Shown: positions 1 to 14,325 of the stretch, one piece after another
Position numbering within the stretch: position 1 is the first letter of the stretch
Layout of the letters: every line of letters begins with the position of its first letter
NCBI RefSeq assembly: GCF_006345805.1
Contig: NC_043015.1
Span: 3,224,001 to 3,288,000, forward strand
Direction: 5' to 3'
From: Octopus sinensis
Lineage: Eukaryota
DNA length: 64,000 nucleotides
The notes under the pieces: model-generated
What the model was told of the DNA's origin: nothing
Seen by the model: only the letters and a program-made list of their open reading frames with translations
The model's database searches: none
Made by a program: the position numbers and the translations under genes

Positions 1-788
1 GAATGTTTGCATATATTTCTGTACTATGATTCCAGGGTAACTCCTGCGTCAGGGTCGTATTTGAAGTTTGTTATGGAGTTCTCTGCAACAATATTGGAAG
101 CGGAAAATGAGAAAAAAGAAAAGAAAGCTGATATAGAATGTAACCAGGATGTCATAACGAAGATATCGTCTAGCTGATAATTTCGATGGACTAATAATTT
201 AGGCAGGTTTTAGATTTGGATACTAAATCGCATTGACATCAAAACAATTTTATCATAACTGGACTTCCTTCCTCTCACTTCTAAAATGTGTGAAGCATAC
301 TAAAATTGTATATATCAATATACATTTTACACACTTGTCAGGCATAAAAGTTATCATCGACTGAAAATTGTGAACGCTTATGTAAATAAGATATAATCTT
401 TCAAAGTCCTTACACTAAATAAGGCCTGCGTTAGAAAGAGCATTTTGCAATTCGGTAATAGCATTCATTATGCACGATTTTAAGCTGGCCTTTCTACACA
501 GGAAATTGCGCTATTTTCAGCAAATGTGGACATCACAAAACACTTTAATGATTTCTTTATCAAGTATATTTGTTGTGCAACCAACTCTTCAAACATTTGC
601 ACATATTTATGTTTATCTTGGTGGTGGATTTTGTACAAACGTGTGTTTCTGGTTTTGTGAGTGTCTGTCCGCTCATGTAAGTTTGTAGTATTCAGCAGGT
701 GAATAGGTATAGGCTTGGCATTAGTGACCTGGCATACATGCACAAAATCACGCACAAGTACACAAACAGGTATATACGTGTATATATA

Positions 789-844
<56 letters not shown>

Positions 845-1176
845 GATGGTGTGTGTGTGTGAGTATATGTACACACACATATACACACACAAAGACATAT
901 ATACATATTTATATGTATAAAAGTGAATCTTTATCTATATGTGTATATTTGTACAAATGTTAATCCTGTATTCATAAATATTTCTCAATTACACAAGCTT
1001 CTTCGTATTTTAGTAACTTCACGCTTGCCTCAATGTAACTTAAGCCATTTCAGAACCATGCCTACCTTTAGAATCATAACACATATAAATAAACAATCTA
1101 CCTCTTACTTCAAAATTGAAATGTTGAATGAATTATAATTCGCTTACTGTTATATTTAGATGTGTGTGTGGGTAAG

Positions 1177-1224
<48 letters not shown>

Positions 1225-1421
1225 TAAATATGCATATTTATACATATACATACACACACACCAACACAAACCCTTCACACATATATAAATATATATTAAT
1301 AGTAAATTTAGAACAAAGAAATGTCAATTAAAATACAGCATTAATAAAATCAACGGACAGCAAGGTTTCTTGCACAAGTAATGTGGATGACATCTTGACC
1401 CTCGGTTAAAAGAATAAGTTA

Positions 1422-1452
1422 GACGTTTCGAACAAAACTCTTCGTCGGAAAG
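1422..1452 (-). ncRNA. Degenerate minimal hammerhead-like motif (Penelope-type repeat relic)
   Basis: Minus strand reads CCTTT-CCGACGA-AGAG-TTTTG-TTC-GAAA-CGT-C. The core has C in place of U (CCGACGA vs CUGANGA) and helix I does not pair, so it is probably inactive. Confidence 0.35.
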
Positions 1453-3039
1453 GAGTGATCGAAATCCCCAAATACTCACACACATACACACACGAGCATT
1501 CACACACCCATACACATACGCCTACATATACTAGATATGTTGGACTAAAGATTGTTGGACCAGGCTATCTGTAACATAAGGGCACCACATGATAGGATTA
1601 ACTAGATCCTTTTTTTCAGTCTGGATTTGTTGTGTAATTGTCCATTCCAATAGGGACTCCTTGTTGAGTGAGATGTATGCAGCTATATGTGGCTTATCTG
1701 GTATTCTCTGAAGAAATAAATCAAAAGGTATTTAATTTCAAGCAAATCTTGTAAGTGTAAATAGTTTACATAAATAGTACAAAAAACTAGTAACTAAAGA
1801 CTCTGCCTTACCTGGAACAGGTAAAGTAACTATAAGCCTAAAACTAGAATGTATATCTAAATTACGAGAGTAAGGTTGGCAAATATATTATTCTTACACT
1901 GTGTCCAGAGTTAATGAGACATGATAAATGTGAAGAAGATTTTTAAAAAATCAATAATAAATTCACTCATTGAAAATCGTAATTAATAAAAATAAAATGA
2001 AACTAGAACTACAAGGAAGGCAATATGTGGAAAATAAAATGGTTATCTGCTTGTCATAATATTATAGTGAATGGCCCCTAATAAGTAGCCGTTAGATGAA
2101 GAATGCCTTTCGAAGAACTAAGTTTATACTCAGTTGTTACAGATAAAGCTATTTTCTATTTTATAAGCTGTTGCGCAGCCTATTTCCAATCTCGAAATGC
2201 TTGTTCGGGATCTGGAAGATAACTCACGTAATAAGATTATGATACTGAATGGTGAATACTGAGCAGTAAAGAAATTTACAATTTAGGGGGAACACATTGT
2301 GTAGTTTGCCTAGAAGTCATTATTAATAATTAGAGCGGAGTATAATATCCTTAATGAAAGACACGAGCTAGCGCTATGATATATTTTTTGAAAAATAGAG
2401 ATAATTTCTTTGTAAATTAATCATTTGAGAATTATATAACAACTGTGCACCTACTCAACACAAAAGTTTAGAAATAACAACATATTTAAATTTCGTTTTT
2501 GGTTTGCAAGATTCTTTATATGAGATCGTGTGTTGAAGCATATTCTGCTGTGTCAAAACTATTGAAAAAGTACGCATATTGAAAACTAAGAAAAAAGTGG
2601 AAATTTTACCGGTGAGTGTGTTATATTACAAGGCACAAAACGAAAATTACTCTGCCCAGACACAACACATTGCCAATATCATTATTGGCTCCAATTACAG
2701 ATTTCTCTTACTCTAGTTTTCTCGCTGTATATTACGATGAGAAGATAACTATTTTATTTTTCCTCCATGGCTTTCTTTATGCTTCCATATTCACTTTCAT
2801 TTTTATTGTTCTTTTTTATTGATTTTGCTTGTTTTAATGTTATTCTCATTTTACATTTATCTTATTCACTTAGTACGTGTATCAGTTAATATACCACGTT
2901 CCGTGAGAATTATACGTTAGCCTTACTATTACAGGTTTACCAGTGATATTTTACTTGTATAATTTAGGTTTATACTGTAGTTTTGGTATGGATTTCAATT
3001 TACCTAATATAGTATTTTGATAATACATAATTAGGATAA

Positions 3040-3437
3040 GGCGGCAATCTGGTAGAAACGTTAGCACGCCAGGCAAAACACTTAGCGGTATTTTGTCTAT
3101 CTTTACTTTATGAGTTCAAATTCCGCCGAGGTCTACTTTGCCTTTCATCCTTTCGGGTTCGATTAGATAAGCACCAATTACACACTGGGGTCGATGTAAT
3201 CGACTTAATCCGTGTGTCTGTCCTTGTTTGTCCCCTCTGCGTTTAGCTCCTTGTGGGTAGTAAAGAAATAGGTATTTTGTCTGTCTTTGCGTTCTGTGTT
3301 CAAATTCCACCGAGGTAGACTTTGCCTTTCATCCTTTCGTGTTCGATAAATTAAGTACCGATTGCGTATTGGGGGCCGATCTTATCGACAGCCCCCTCCT
3401 TCTCCCAAATGTTGGGTCTTGTGCCTAGACTAGAAAA
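3040..3437 (+). mobile_element. tRNA-derived SINE, internally duplicated (dimeric) family
   Basis: Contains two successive copies of the block GTTCAAATTCC(G/A)CCGAGGT..ACTTTGCCTTTCATCCTTTCG. Same family as 44750-45165 and fragments at 11290-11428, 32555-32698(-), 41495-41600, 51340-51530, 57885-57975(-). Confidence 0.85.
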
Positions 3438-5552
3438 TAATACAAAATTAATATTTCCCCATTAGTGGCAACTGTTTATGCTAATTAATTCTTGTGAACT
3501 AATTATATTTTGATTCTCCAGGTTTAAAATACATAGCGGTACGCAAGCTGCCTACATGTTTGTATATTAGGAAATACAGCCCCTTCAAAAATAGTGGTAA
3601 TCGCCAACAATCTATCCTGACCGTAAAGAGATTGTAAAACAACAAATTTCTTTATTGGATGTCAATATCCTTCACACGTAACAATCTTCATTGCTTAAAA
3701 TAAACGTACATAACATCATATATATATACGCATAGACACACACATACACACACACATATATATTACTATAATAGAATTACACATTCATATGTATATAGTG
3801 AATTCAACAGAAATTCATCATCGAATATTTGGATAGGTTTGTTTGTAGGGAGAATAGACGGAGTCGATTTGTGCTCTTTTCTCTCGCGTAATATATATTA
3901 TATCAATAGAAATGTTTCAAATAAAAAAACACATTTCTCTATATTTCGTAATATAGATTTACATGGACAATATATATTTCTTTACGTTATATATAAGCAA
4001 CATAATATATTATTTAATATTTTTGTAAGTGGAGTAGAAAATTTGGCTACTCTTCTAAGACATTCCAGAATTTGATTTATAGCTTTGCTTGTTATAAAGG
4101 AGAAGGAAAGAAAGCGAAATACATAACGAGCAATGAAGGAAACCACTTCAAAAGAAACACGAAAATATACAAAAAAGTCATACTGATTGAGACAATGCAA
4201 TTAACTTCAAAACACAATCAAAACACAATAGGAAAATAAATCACGATTCATTACTCACAACATAACCAATACCTGCCAATAGGATGCAAAAATTATGTGA
4301 CAATAATACCTTCAAAGCTTACAGGCTGTAAAAGAAAGCAGAACAAATGGCAATGTATGCGGCAGGACTAGCAAAAACACAACAAAGGATAAGCTATAAC
4401 AAATACAACACACGAACATCAGTGAAACATTGACTATCAATCCCAAGAATCTCCGTAATTAAATAGAAATGAAATAAAACAAACTGTGAAAAATTGTATC
4501 GGAGTAGTCTTCACGCTAGTTGCAATATCACCAATCAAGGAAAAGACAGTAAAACATCCATTTAAACGGCAAGCGAATAAAAAGTCTTTATTTCTTTAAT
4601 TTCACTTTTTTATCACTCCTTCAATGTTTAGCTATGATTGATTACCCGATGAAGTGAACTAAATTAAGTGCAAAAACGATATATGTAAATTTATCACATT
4701 CTTTAAATACAGCTGAATGAAAGAAATAATGCGAGAAATAACTAAGAAAAACAATAAAATTAAATGCAAATATTTGAGAGCAATCATTTTATTTTATCAT
4801 TTCTTTTGGTTGGCTAGATAGATTTACGTGATATTGGGAAGTGATTATGTTGAAGTGTATAATAATGTTAACAACTTGAGTGGAACATTGAAGAGTCTGT
4901 CTGTGCTTTCTACTGTAAAAGTATGAAACTTATATGGCACAATATCAGTAAAATAAAAAATAGAATGAATAAACTAAGACAAGTTTGATGTGTTTTAGAA
5001 TCATTTTAAGTGAAACGAAAATATTATACAGACGCTAAACAGACACAAAATAAATAGTTATTGTATTTATATTTATTTTAGTTGTGTAATCTACTACAGA
5101 TGGGTCCAAATTTAATCAGGTGCATAACATTTTGTGATTTCAACTAATTCCTTACTGAAGGCCGATGCAATTCTGGAGAGATGGAGTTAGAGAGTCAGTA
5201 ATACTTGTCGTGGACTGCTAAACTTGTTTCAGTTCTCTGAAATATGGAATGGAGAAGCGATGTTAGATTAATTAAAATCCAAAAGATAAGAGATCCGAAA
5301 CTGATATATCATTTCATTGTATCTGAATGATTTTGGAATGATTCTGTTTGGTGTTCTAAAGTTTTTGGCTGACTGTGTAACGACCCAGGATGTTCGTCTC
5401 CGTTAATTTGCTAATCATCAAAGGTTCATAGTTAAGATATTAATACAACTGATTTGTAATTCGATAAGATTACATTTATGAAATTATTGTATTTGACCCG
5501 CTACTAAGGAAGAGAAATACTAAAACATTGTGTGTGCCTATGTCTGTGGGTG

Positions 5553-6250
5553 CACGAGGGATTACCCAAATGTAAATGAGAACGTCCGCTCTGGAGAAAA
5601 ACCCATTGTAATGATGGCTTCCACCGCTAGAACCCACTTCATGTAACTCTCAGTCATAAGTATGCCGACCAATATCATCGCGTTGGTATTACTGCCACAT
5701 GGTAGATCGTTGGGTAGCAGTCCTTCTCCTTTGTTTTTCGATTTTAGTGACGGCTGAAAAGAAGGAAACGAGTACCTCCATGTGAAATTCTGTTGTCTGC
5801 TAGCGAAAACAGTGGCTGAAATAGTTGCTATGCTTTTAACAGATTACAAACATGTTGCCCTGAGTAGAACACAAGTTTCCGGGTGGTGTTCTCGCTTTGG
5901 AAATGGCCAATTATTTATTGAATACGAACCTCGTTCTGGACGGCCGTCAACCACACGAAGGAAAGAAAACGTAATGAAATTACATGGAATGATTTTGAAG
6001 GGCTATCGCTGAAACAATGAGGTAGATGTTGAAATGACTAACGTGAGCTGGAGCTCCTGTCAACGGATTTTGTGCAATGGATTGCGAATGAAAGGAGTTG
6101 CATCAGAATGTGTCCTTGATTGCTGACGGAAGATCGAAAGCAGCTGAAATCGTGGCATGAACGGAAAGGAGAGCTGGAAATTTATCAGGAAATTCTTTCG
6201 AATATCATCACCGTCGACAAAGGTTGGTGCTACGGAACTTGTAGACGTTG
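5553..6250 (+). mobile_element. Mariner (Tc1/mariner DD34D) transposon relic, 3'-truncated
   Basis: TIR-like start CACGAGGG at 5553. ORF 5782-6012 MKFCCLLAKT...LSRTQVSGWCSRF...EPRSGRPSTT is the mariner HTH. After a stop and frameshift it continues SWSSCQRILCNGLRMKGVASEC, LLTEDRK and NIITVDKGWCYG (the ITGDESW motif, first catalytic D). Confidence 0.9.
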
Positions 6251-6476
6251 AAAAGGTGAAGGGAAAAACAACGGAAACGTTAAAATGCATCGCTTTATAA
6301 GAGATCCGGCATTGGAAAACGCGTCTGCACCCGATATATTGTTTTATTACTTTGAAGAGGACAACAGTGTAAACATGTAAAACTAAATGAATAAAATACA
6401 ATGATAAAGAGAGAGAGAGAGGGGGGAGAAAGAGAAATATATATATACATGTATATATACATATCTGTATACATAC

Positions 6477-6535
<59 letters not shown>

Positions 6536-8513
6536 GTCCCAATTTGTGAAAACGTACGATAGTTTAAAAATCAGTATGACTTGACATGTGTACTGCTTTT
6601 TTTCTCAATACATTGATATGCATTCAGTCATTTGAACTGGTGATCTCCTCATCATGACCAAACTGTACAAACAACCGTCAATACTTCACCCATAGAATCT
6701 TGTAATGTAAGTGACAGGATGAATCAACATATAGTTGTCAAAATAGAAAGATGATAGGTTAAGAGAAAGAATGCAAGCAAGAAACTAAGAAAGTGCATGA
6801 GTGAAAATAATTGACGGTACTATTCAGATTTTATATCATTTATCGAACAGAAAAGAGTGGAAAATCATTTGGATCTCAGTGAATTTCGGACTCATTGTGT
6901 ATTATTCTCTTTGGAATTCTCTGTTATGCTCATCGCCCATATAGAGTGTCTATGCATTCACTAGCTTATATGGTGATAAATTAGTTTTCTACTACTTGTT
7001 ATTAATACACTAGCTACGCATTATGTACCCGGCAGTAATTTACTTTAAAACAACTGGTAACTTAAACATCGTGAATGATTATTCACTGTTACAGAAGCAA
7101 ACGATTGCTTCTATAGGAGATCCCAAATTCAAGAAACTCCAACAAACCGCTGGATATCCATTATATCACACTCACGTTTTCCAAAATCTTTTTTTCTATA
7201 ATCAGGTCCCATGTTCAGTAAGCATCGCTGCAACACTAGACTGAGTTGGAATGCATTCCTTGAGTTGTATATTCGAGTTAACAGAGCTATATATACCTCC
7301 ATGTCCAATGATTTGAATGAAGGAAGAGCTAAATATTTCAATGTTATCATCAATCAAAATTAGAAAAGCGACACAAGTTCATTAATGGCCGAAGTATGAA
7401 GCGTTACACGGTCGGATGCTTTATGTTTATTTAAGAAATACTTGTGAATCTGCATTTGAATCAATCATACATTCATAGACTACTAGCAGCTAAGCCCGGC
7501 GGCACCCAGTCGGTTTGGATGATGAGGCTGTAAAACCTGCTCTGTGTAATTCTTCGTCGTGTTTGGGTGCACTTACGTTAAAAAAACAATTTAGAAGGAC
7601 TTTTTTCTGTCTAAACGCTAAAAAAAACTGACCAACAAAAAAGAAAAACCAACAAGATTGAACCAAATCAAAAAATAAATCCAAATAGTAAGCGAAGAAA
7701 GATGAACCATACCACTTCCATTGAGCGCACACGCACGTACATACATAGAAGCACATATACGCTCACACACACATTCACATACCACCCTTTTACATACATC
7801 TTTTTTATATTCACACAGATTTGAAACGCTGTTTGATTAATTTGTTCAGCGAACAATCTTCATCATCGCACTACCAGGTATGACATCACCCCTTCTTTCC
7901 TTATTCATCTATTACCCTTTCCTTTCTCATTCATAAACACAAGAGTATTATAGTAGATTATCTCGGCAACCATGGGAGCTATGAGAAACATACAAACCCC
8001 AGACTCACCACCGCATAATTCTACACATCTATATAATTTTTCGCGCAATTCCACCCAGCCGTTTGACCGTGAATCCCAAGACAAGAAAGAATCGCCCATG
8101 TCAAATTTATATGTATGCATTATACGTGAGTTGCAAAGTAGTTTAATATTGTCATTCATACGCCTATTCATCATATTTGCGTAATTTTCTTCAGTTTGGC
8201 ATTGCTTTCAGTTTCTTTTATTATGTAGCATATTGTCTTATATATTAGAACATACCTACAGTCCCTTTATATGAATGCGATATCAACAAATATAAAGTTG
8301 TCGAATGCGTCTCGGATTTCGTGTTCTATCAAATAGAAAATAGTATTCGTCATTGATTCTCGCTGCTGAGTAAGTATTACTGGTTTTGCTGATATTGCAA
8401 CTTTTTGGATGTAATGTATAATGTATTATGAGTTATTTTATATGAACACTGTTCGTCCGTATGTCTGTCTGTCTGCCTCTCTCTCTATATATATATGTAT
8501 ATATATATATATG

Positions 8514-8552
<39 letters not shown>

Positions 8553-10139
8553 ATCTTTGAATATATATGTATATATCTATATATGTATATGTGTATATGT
8601 GTATGTGTGTATATCTACGTGTGTGTGTGTACGCCAATATATGTATGCTGTACGTTTATGCCTGAATGCATGTAGATGGAGATGTATTAGTAAATTGTAT
8701 CAAATCACGTAAATAATATCACGATATAAATATTTAGAGAACCGAAACCAACTAAAACAGCGAAAAGCATATGAAACATAAATTACATCTTATAACGCAA
8801 AGTTTAACTGGATTTTCTATTGCTTCGTTTAACTTACCTATATGGCACTTATGTAATTCAAACTATTGTATTATTCTCTCGCTGACATGAGATATAAACT
8901 CTAGATATGCGTACAAAATGTTCGAAAAGGTTATATTATTTATTGCACATACAGGTATCTTGTAAAAATAAAAACGTATATTAATTCTCTTGAAAATACA
9001 CATATGATTCTTCATCGTACCGCATAAATTATTGTGGCCGTTACATACCGAGAAACAATTCAAATACTTACAAAAATATTATTTCGTGAGTGGTTTCGAA
9101 AGCAATAACATAAATAAAGCGAGAATAAAAATAGAAAGTATATAAGGTGGAAAATATTTAACGCAAGAAATGTATAAGCACAAGCACACACCTACATACA
9201 CCCACACACGTAGACACGCACTCAAACGCACAGGGGTATATATATATATATTATCATATTATCACCTCCATAACGATATTTTGTTCCGGTAAAATTTAGA
9301 AAGCATTGTTTATTATGTAAATGAAATTATGTATTCCATTAGTTTCAATACAGCAATTTTAGAAAGCACTTAGGAATTGTAGTTTTTAAATATAAAATAT
9401 ACACTATAATGGCAGGAAAAAAACATATACGTATAGATAGAAAAAAAAATATCTAGAAATGCATAGACACACGGGAAGTTGAATTCACACATACAGTCTA
9501 ACGCGTACACAACTTCACACAGGTAGACAAGTATGCTGACAGATCGTGTCTACCCATCGCTCTATCTATCGCTGTAGCTGCCTGGTGAATTTATCTTTCT
9601 GACTTTCTGTCAGCATACCTATCTACAATTCATTTTATCATATAAATCTTTAAATATCAATGAATAATTTATTCTCTACATATGTATAATTTAGCGTATA
9701 TAAATATAAGTATATATATAATAATATATATATATGAATAGTAGTATGAATGTGTTTCATTCCTCCTATAAACTTAACTTGTATTGTTCTATTTTTAAAA
9801 GTGATGTATCTATATATGAAGGTTTTTTTTTCTTACACAATTATGCACATATATACACATCGAGCTAATTTATAACTGTCCAAGTTATCTTTCACTAAAA
9901 AATTTCGAATGGGTCGTACATTTTTGAGTTGCAGTTTCGATCCCATTATTCTATTTTGACTGCCATAATTAAATGTAAAATTAATGATTCCAGGTCATTA
10001 TTACCACTTATCCCTATGACACAAAACGTCATATGTTGTAAACGTTAATGAAGTTATCACAATTTTACTTTAATTTTAAGAACAAAATATATTTTGTAAG
10101 GAAAAAGCTTAAATAAGTTGTATGAAATAAAAGAATATT

Positions 10140-10400
10140 TTTAAAAAACATATTTATATATAACAGTTTCGCCATGGTCTCTTAGGAGCACAGTTCGATT
10201 TGTTTTTTGCTCCGCCTCTGTTCTGTTTTTGTTTTTCCAACGGATTTCCTTTTTTCTTCCTGAAGAGAAAGACACAATATGGTCCCATTATTCAATCGGA
10301 TTTTGGTAATTTGTGCCTTTCGAAACACGTGTAGAATGAAATAAAACGATTTCTGTTCAATCTGCGTTCAGCTCCATTTCTACAATTCACCAATTATGTA
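10140..10400 (+). mobile_element. Solo copy of HHR-bearing repeat (family C)
   Basis: About 10213-10395 aligns by eye with the right arm of the 28404-28787 palindrome (GCCTCTGTTCTG...CCTGAAGAGAAAGACACAATATGG...TTCGAAACACGTGTAGAATG...CAATTCAC). Confidence 0.85.
10252..10341 (+). ncRNA. Type I hammerhead ribozyme, family C
   Basis: CTGAAGA 10260-10266; helix II GAAAGACACAA/TTGTGCCTTTC; GAAA 10322-10325; palindromic helix III ACACGTGT; predicted cleavage GUA^ after 10333; helix I TTTTCTTC/GAATGAAA (one mismatch, one G.U). Confidence 0.7.
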
Positions 10401-11289
10401 TAATTCTAAGTTTTCAACACCACGTTTGTGCTCTTCCTAGCAAATCTGAACAGCAAGCACTTCACCATATTGCTGTACTAACGCTACTATATATTTGTAA
10501 GATAGGTGGATAGTAACGGTCAAATTGGACTCTTAGTTAAAGAAAACCGGCTGCGCTAAGGGTTCTGTGTTATGGCTGCCAAAACTAAGTTCTAAGTTCT
10601 AAGACTTATTTGCAATATCTTGACCGTAAATCTGCACGGAAATTGGAAGAAATAGCGAAAGAGGATACATTCGAGGATATCTCGATATTTTATTCAGCCA
10701 TTGGTTCCTTCCGCTTACCAAACATAATAGGGAAATAGAAGGTATAAACAAATGCAACTCGGCCAAGGTATTTTGATTTATTGATCTTATAACGAGTTGT
10801 TGTCGATGACACATAGTGAAGCAGGTGGTGCTCTAACTTAGCTGTCAATTTTCCTTTTAAAAACAGCATGTGTGAATTCACACACATAAACACATAAACA
10901 TTTAACTGTAGCTTTAATTTGCTCTACCCTTGTCAAGTGGTCCGGTCTGCTGCTAAATTTGTCCTTCGAATCCACGTGTTGTTTATTTTATTCAAGTCAT
11001 CTCGAAATGTGAGAATTCAAGCGTTTTTTGTCTTCACCGTTTACACCTGGTAGAGAAAGTGTACAAATCCAGAGAGTTTTGAAATTCAGCCCATCCGTTA
11101 GACAGGAATGCTGTAAAGCGGAATCAGTGAAACGCTATCATCAGTTGACCTTATTGCAAATCCACTCTTCAGAGAATCTTGTTAATTCAGACGGTGTTGC
11201 CAGTTGAAGTCACGATCTTTCTTAGATACGTTTAATGAAATTAATTAAGTTTTCTTACGATGATCTTACCTAGACAGAATTGACAGCTA

Positions 11290-11428
11290 GACTCAAATTC
11301 AGGCCAGGTCGACTTTGCCTTTCATCGTTTTGGGGTCGATAAATTTACTACCATTCGCGTACTGGGATCGATCTAATCGACTGACACCCTCCCCCAAATT
11401 ATCGGGCCTTGTGCCAAGAGTAGAAGAA
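11290..11428 (+). mobile_element. SINE 3' fragment (dimeric family)
   Basis: GGTCGACTTTGCCTTTCATCG...GCGTACTGGGATCGATCTAATCGACT...GGGCCTTGTGCC matches the second half of 3040-3437. Confidence 0.8.
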
Positions 11429-11795
11429 GAAAAAAACGAATACATTACTAGACAAAATCCACACACAGACAATATATATTATCCGGGCAGATACCGTATT
11501 AGCACTCAGTGAAGTTCCAGTTGGAGGCTAACCGCCACGACCTGAATCTTTCATCTGTGACGATAGTCTGTTATTAAGCATTGTGTGAAGTCTTCCAATG
11601 GGTAGTTACTCATACATTTTGCTGGACGGTAAAATATTTTTGCGTATCTATTAGTATTAATAATAATCGTGTTGAACATATTGAAACATTTACATCCACA
11701 AAATTTGTTTTATAGTTATATACAGAATATCATAACGACCTATATTAGGAAGGATAATATCAACAAATTCGTCGAACGCTACTTTTTACTGATGA

Positions 11796-11796
<1 letters not shown>

Positions 11797-11876
<80 letters not shown>
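11797..11876. repeat. (AAT)n microsatellite
   Basis: Direct reading; it produces the poly-Ile/poly-Leu ORFs. Confidence 0.98.
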
Positions 11877-11877
<1 letters not shown>

Positions 11878-12276
11878 GAGGTGATATGACAGAGCAACTG
11901 AGACACCTCAGCTAAAGACTCGAGGATATAAGAATTAGACGAACAGAGACAAAGCTGGAGAATGTAAGAAGCTTCGGTCCTAACAATGTGAAATGTGCAA
12001 CTCAAAAAGTTACAATAACACATAAGATATCGACTTTAGTAGAAAAATAAAATTCTAGGTCTTCATTTACATGCATGCCTGTGGCGAGTCACATCCGGTG
12101 CAACAAATTGGAAGGTGTTGCCTTATATCCCCATAGAATGAATCAAAGACGTTTGCGATTTAGACCGAATTTGAAAGCTGAGATATTTTGACATGCACTA
12201 AATGTACCAGACTTAATAACGCAATTACTATTACGCAATCTTCTAACAATTCTGATAGTCCGCCTCTCAGAATTAA

Positions 12277-12321
<45 letters not shown>

Positions 12322-12899
12322 ATATAAATATTTATTTGCTACAATTATCAGTAAATATAATGGAAATTGAAATAAATATAATCACATTTCACAAAATTAT
12401 ATTTAATAATTATAATTACTAAAATGATGATATATTTTATAATTATTCTTGTACATTTACTGTCGTAATTTATAATAGAAGATTCAATAATCCCGCACTG
12501 TTTATATCGTACAGATGTCTCATAATTAATTTTCCCCCTGACATTTATGTTACAAGCGTTATTCAATTCCATTACAATTATACACGGCTGCAATTATCTA
12601 TTGTTTGATTATGTATTGCGGTTTTAAAATGCTTCAAAAATAGGTACTACTGAAAGGCATTTAGATAAGAATTGTGAGTTCCGGAATATAGAAATTCGAA
12701 ATATACATTAATTCTCATTGAAAGCTAATTAGTATGTAAGGTAATTTCTCTTATACATACAAGTACACAATCTGCAGGAAAGGAACATTATTCCTCACCA
12801 TCAGTATACTAGCACAAATGTAGTATAAGTACGTATAGGACTATGTAAGGAATAGAGGAAATTTGGATGTTAGCTAAGTGTGTGGCTGCAATACCACAG

Positions 12900-13290
12900 A
12901 AAAATGGCATAAAGTCAATAGAAAATGAGAATCACGAGATCTTGTCGGATCTCCCCAAATAGACCGGTCATAATATTGAAGCAAGAAGGCCACATGTCAT
13001 AGACGACAATATATACCAAAAGTATAGGGTCATATATTTTGAAATTCCTTTTTATCACAGAGTTGATACTACAGAAATAAGATCATTGAGAAATACAAGG
13101 CTGTTGTCAGAGAATTAAGGGGATGGAAAGCCAAGACAATGGTTGTTCATGTAGTAAGTGGTGCACTTGTCATAAACGGAAAATGCCACGAAAAAACAAA
13201 AACTGATAGAGATCGGAATTGAAACTAGAAATCATGGTCAGCAGAAATGTACCAGCTTCAAGAATCTTAAGGAGGATTCGTCAGATTAAG
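12900..13290 (+). mobile_element. Old RLE-type (R4/Dong-like) LINE 3' relic
   Basis: Interrupted frames ENENHEILSDLPK*TGHNIEARRPHV, IEKYKAVVRELRGWKAKTMVVHVVSGALVI and RILRR match the ILWD/ARRPD/EKY/PVVVGALG/ILR pattern of the restriction-like endonuclease C-terminus. Confidence 0.75.
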
Positions 13291-13411
13291 GAGATGTGTT
13301 GTCAGCAAATATCATAGTAAAAATATATATACATATGTGTGTGTGTGTGAGAGAGAAAGCGAGAGAGAGAGAGAGAGACAGAGGGAGAGATCGTGTATAT
13401 ATATATATATG

Positions 13412-13442
<31 letters not shown>

Positions 13443-13443
13443 G

Positions 13444-13775
13444 CGCATGGCTCAGTGGTTAGAGCGTCGAGCTTACGATCATGAGGTTGTGAGCTCGAAT
13501 CCCGGACCGGGCTGCGTGTTGTGTTCTTGAGCAAGGCACTTTATTTCACGTTCCTCCAGTTCACTCAACTGTAGAAATGAGTTGCGACGTCACTGGTGCC
13601 AAGCTGTATCGACCTTTGCCTTTCCCTTGGATAACACTGGTGGCGAGGAGAGGGGAGGCTGGTATGCATGGGCGACTGCTGGCCTTCCATAAACAACCTT
13701 GTCCGGACTTGTGTCTAGGAGGGTAATTTTCTAGGTGCAATCCCATGGTCATTCATGACCGAAGGGGGTCCTCAC
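13444..13775 (+). mobile_element. tRNA-derived SINE with CORE/Meta-like central domain
   Basis: A box (TGGCTCAGTGG) and B box (GCTCGAATCCC), then TTGAGCAAGGCACTTTATTTCACG...CTGTAGAAATGAGT. An inverted copy lies at about 39335-39670. Confidence 0.85.
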
Positions 13776-13800
13776 CCTTTATATATATGTATATATATAT

Positions 13801-13877
<77 letters not shown>

Positions 13878-14029
13878 TACACATAGACTGTTATCGATTT
13901 TTCCTCCTTATTCCTTTTCGTTTGGACCGTCCTATGTCTCAGGTCTTTTTTCTCCGCTATTTTAATTCAATATAGATACACATGTGCATGTCAGTGTGTG
14001 TTTGTGTGTATATTCTTTTATTCCTCTCC

Positions 14030-14325
14030 TTGTTTCAGACATATAACTGCAACCATGATAGAGTACACCGCATTTAAGGGCTTCAGTGGAACATATCGAA
14101 CACAGGATTTATTATTTATAAGCTTAGTACTTTAATAAGAAACGGCAACACATGAATAAACATATATACCTATATATGACAGATTCTTTCCGTTACCCTC
14201 TACAAAAACCATGTTCGACCGGAGGCTATAGTACATGAGACCTGCCACAGTTACCACGCAGTGGAACTGAATCGGAAACCATATGGTTGGGAAACAAGCT
14301 TCTTACCACACAGACACGCCTATCA
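14030..14325 (-). mobile_element. Degenerate tRNA-derived SINE (GTGGTAAG...ACCACATGGTTCCGGG family)
   Basis: Reverse complement resembles the head and tail of 23497-23885. Confidence 0.7.

Noticed and set aside
10500-10603. Short block ending in a CTAAGTT tandem like the LINE tail at 18075-18096
   Set aside because: No coding remnant upstream to support it.
11788-11796. CTGATGAG core-like word
   Set aside because: It is followed directly by (AAT)n, with no GAAA or helix III.
11880-12060. Possible LINE fragment right after (AAT)n
   Set aside because: Only vague similarity to RLE motifs.
13444-13515. tRNA-like heads with A/B boxes (also about 20619-20690)
   Set aside because: They continue directly into SINE bodies, and no complete acceptor stem was seen; not called tRNA genes.
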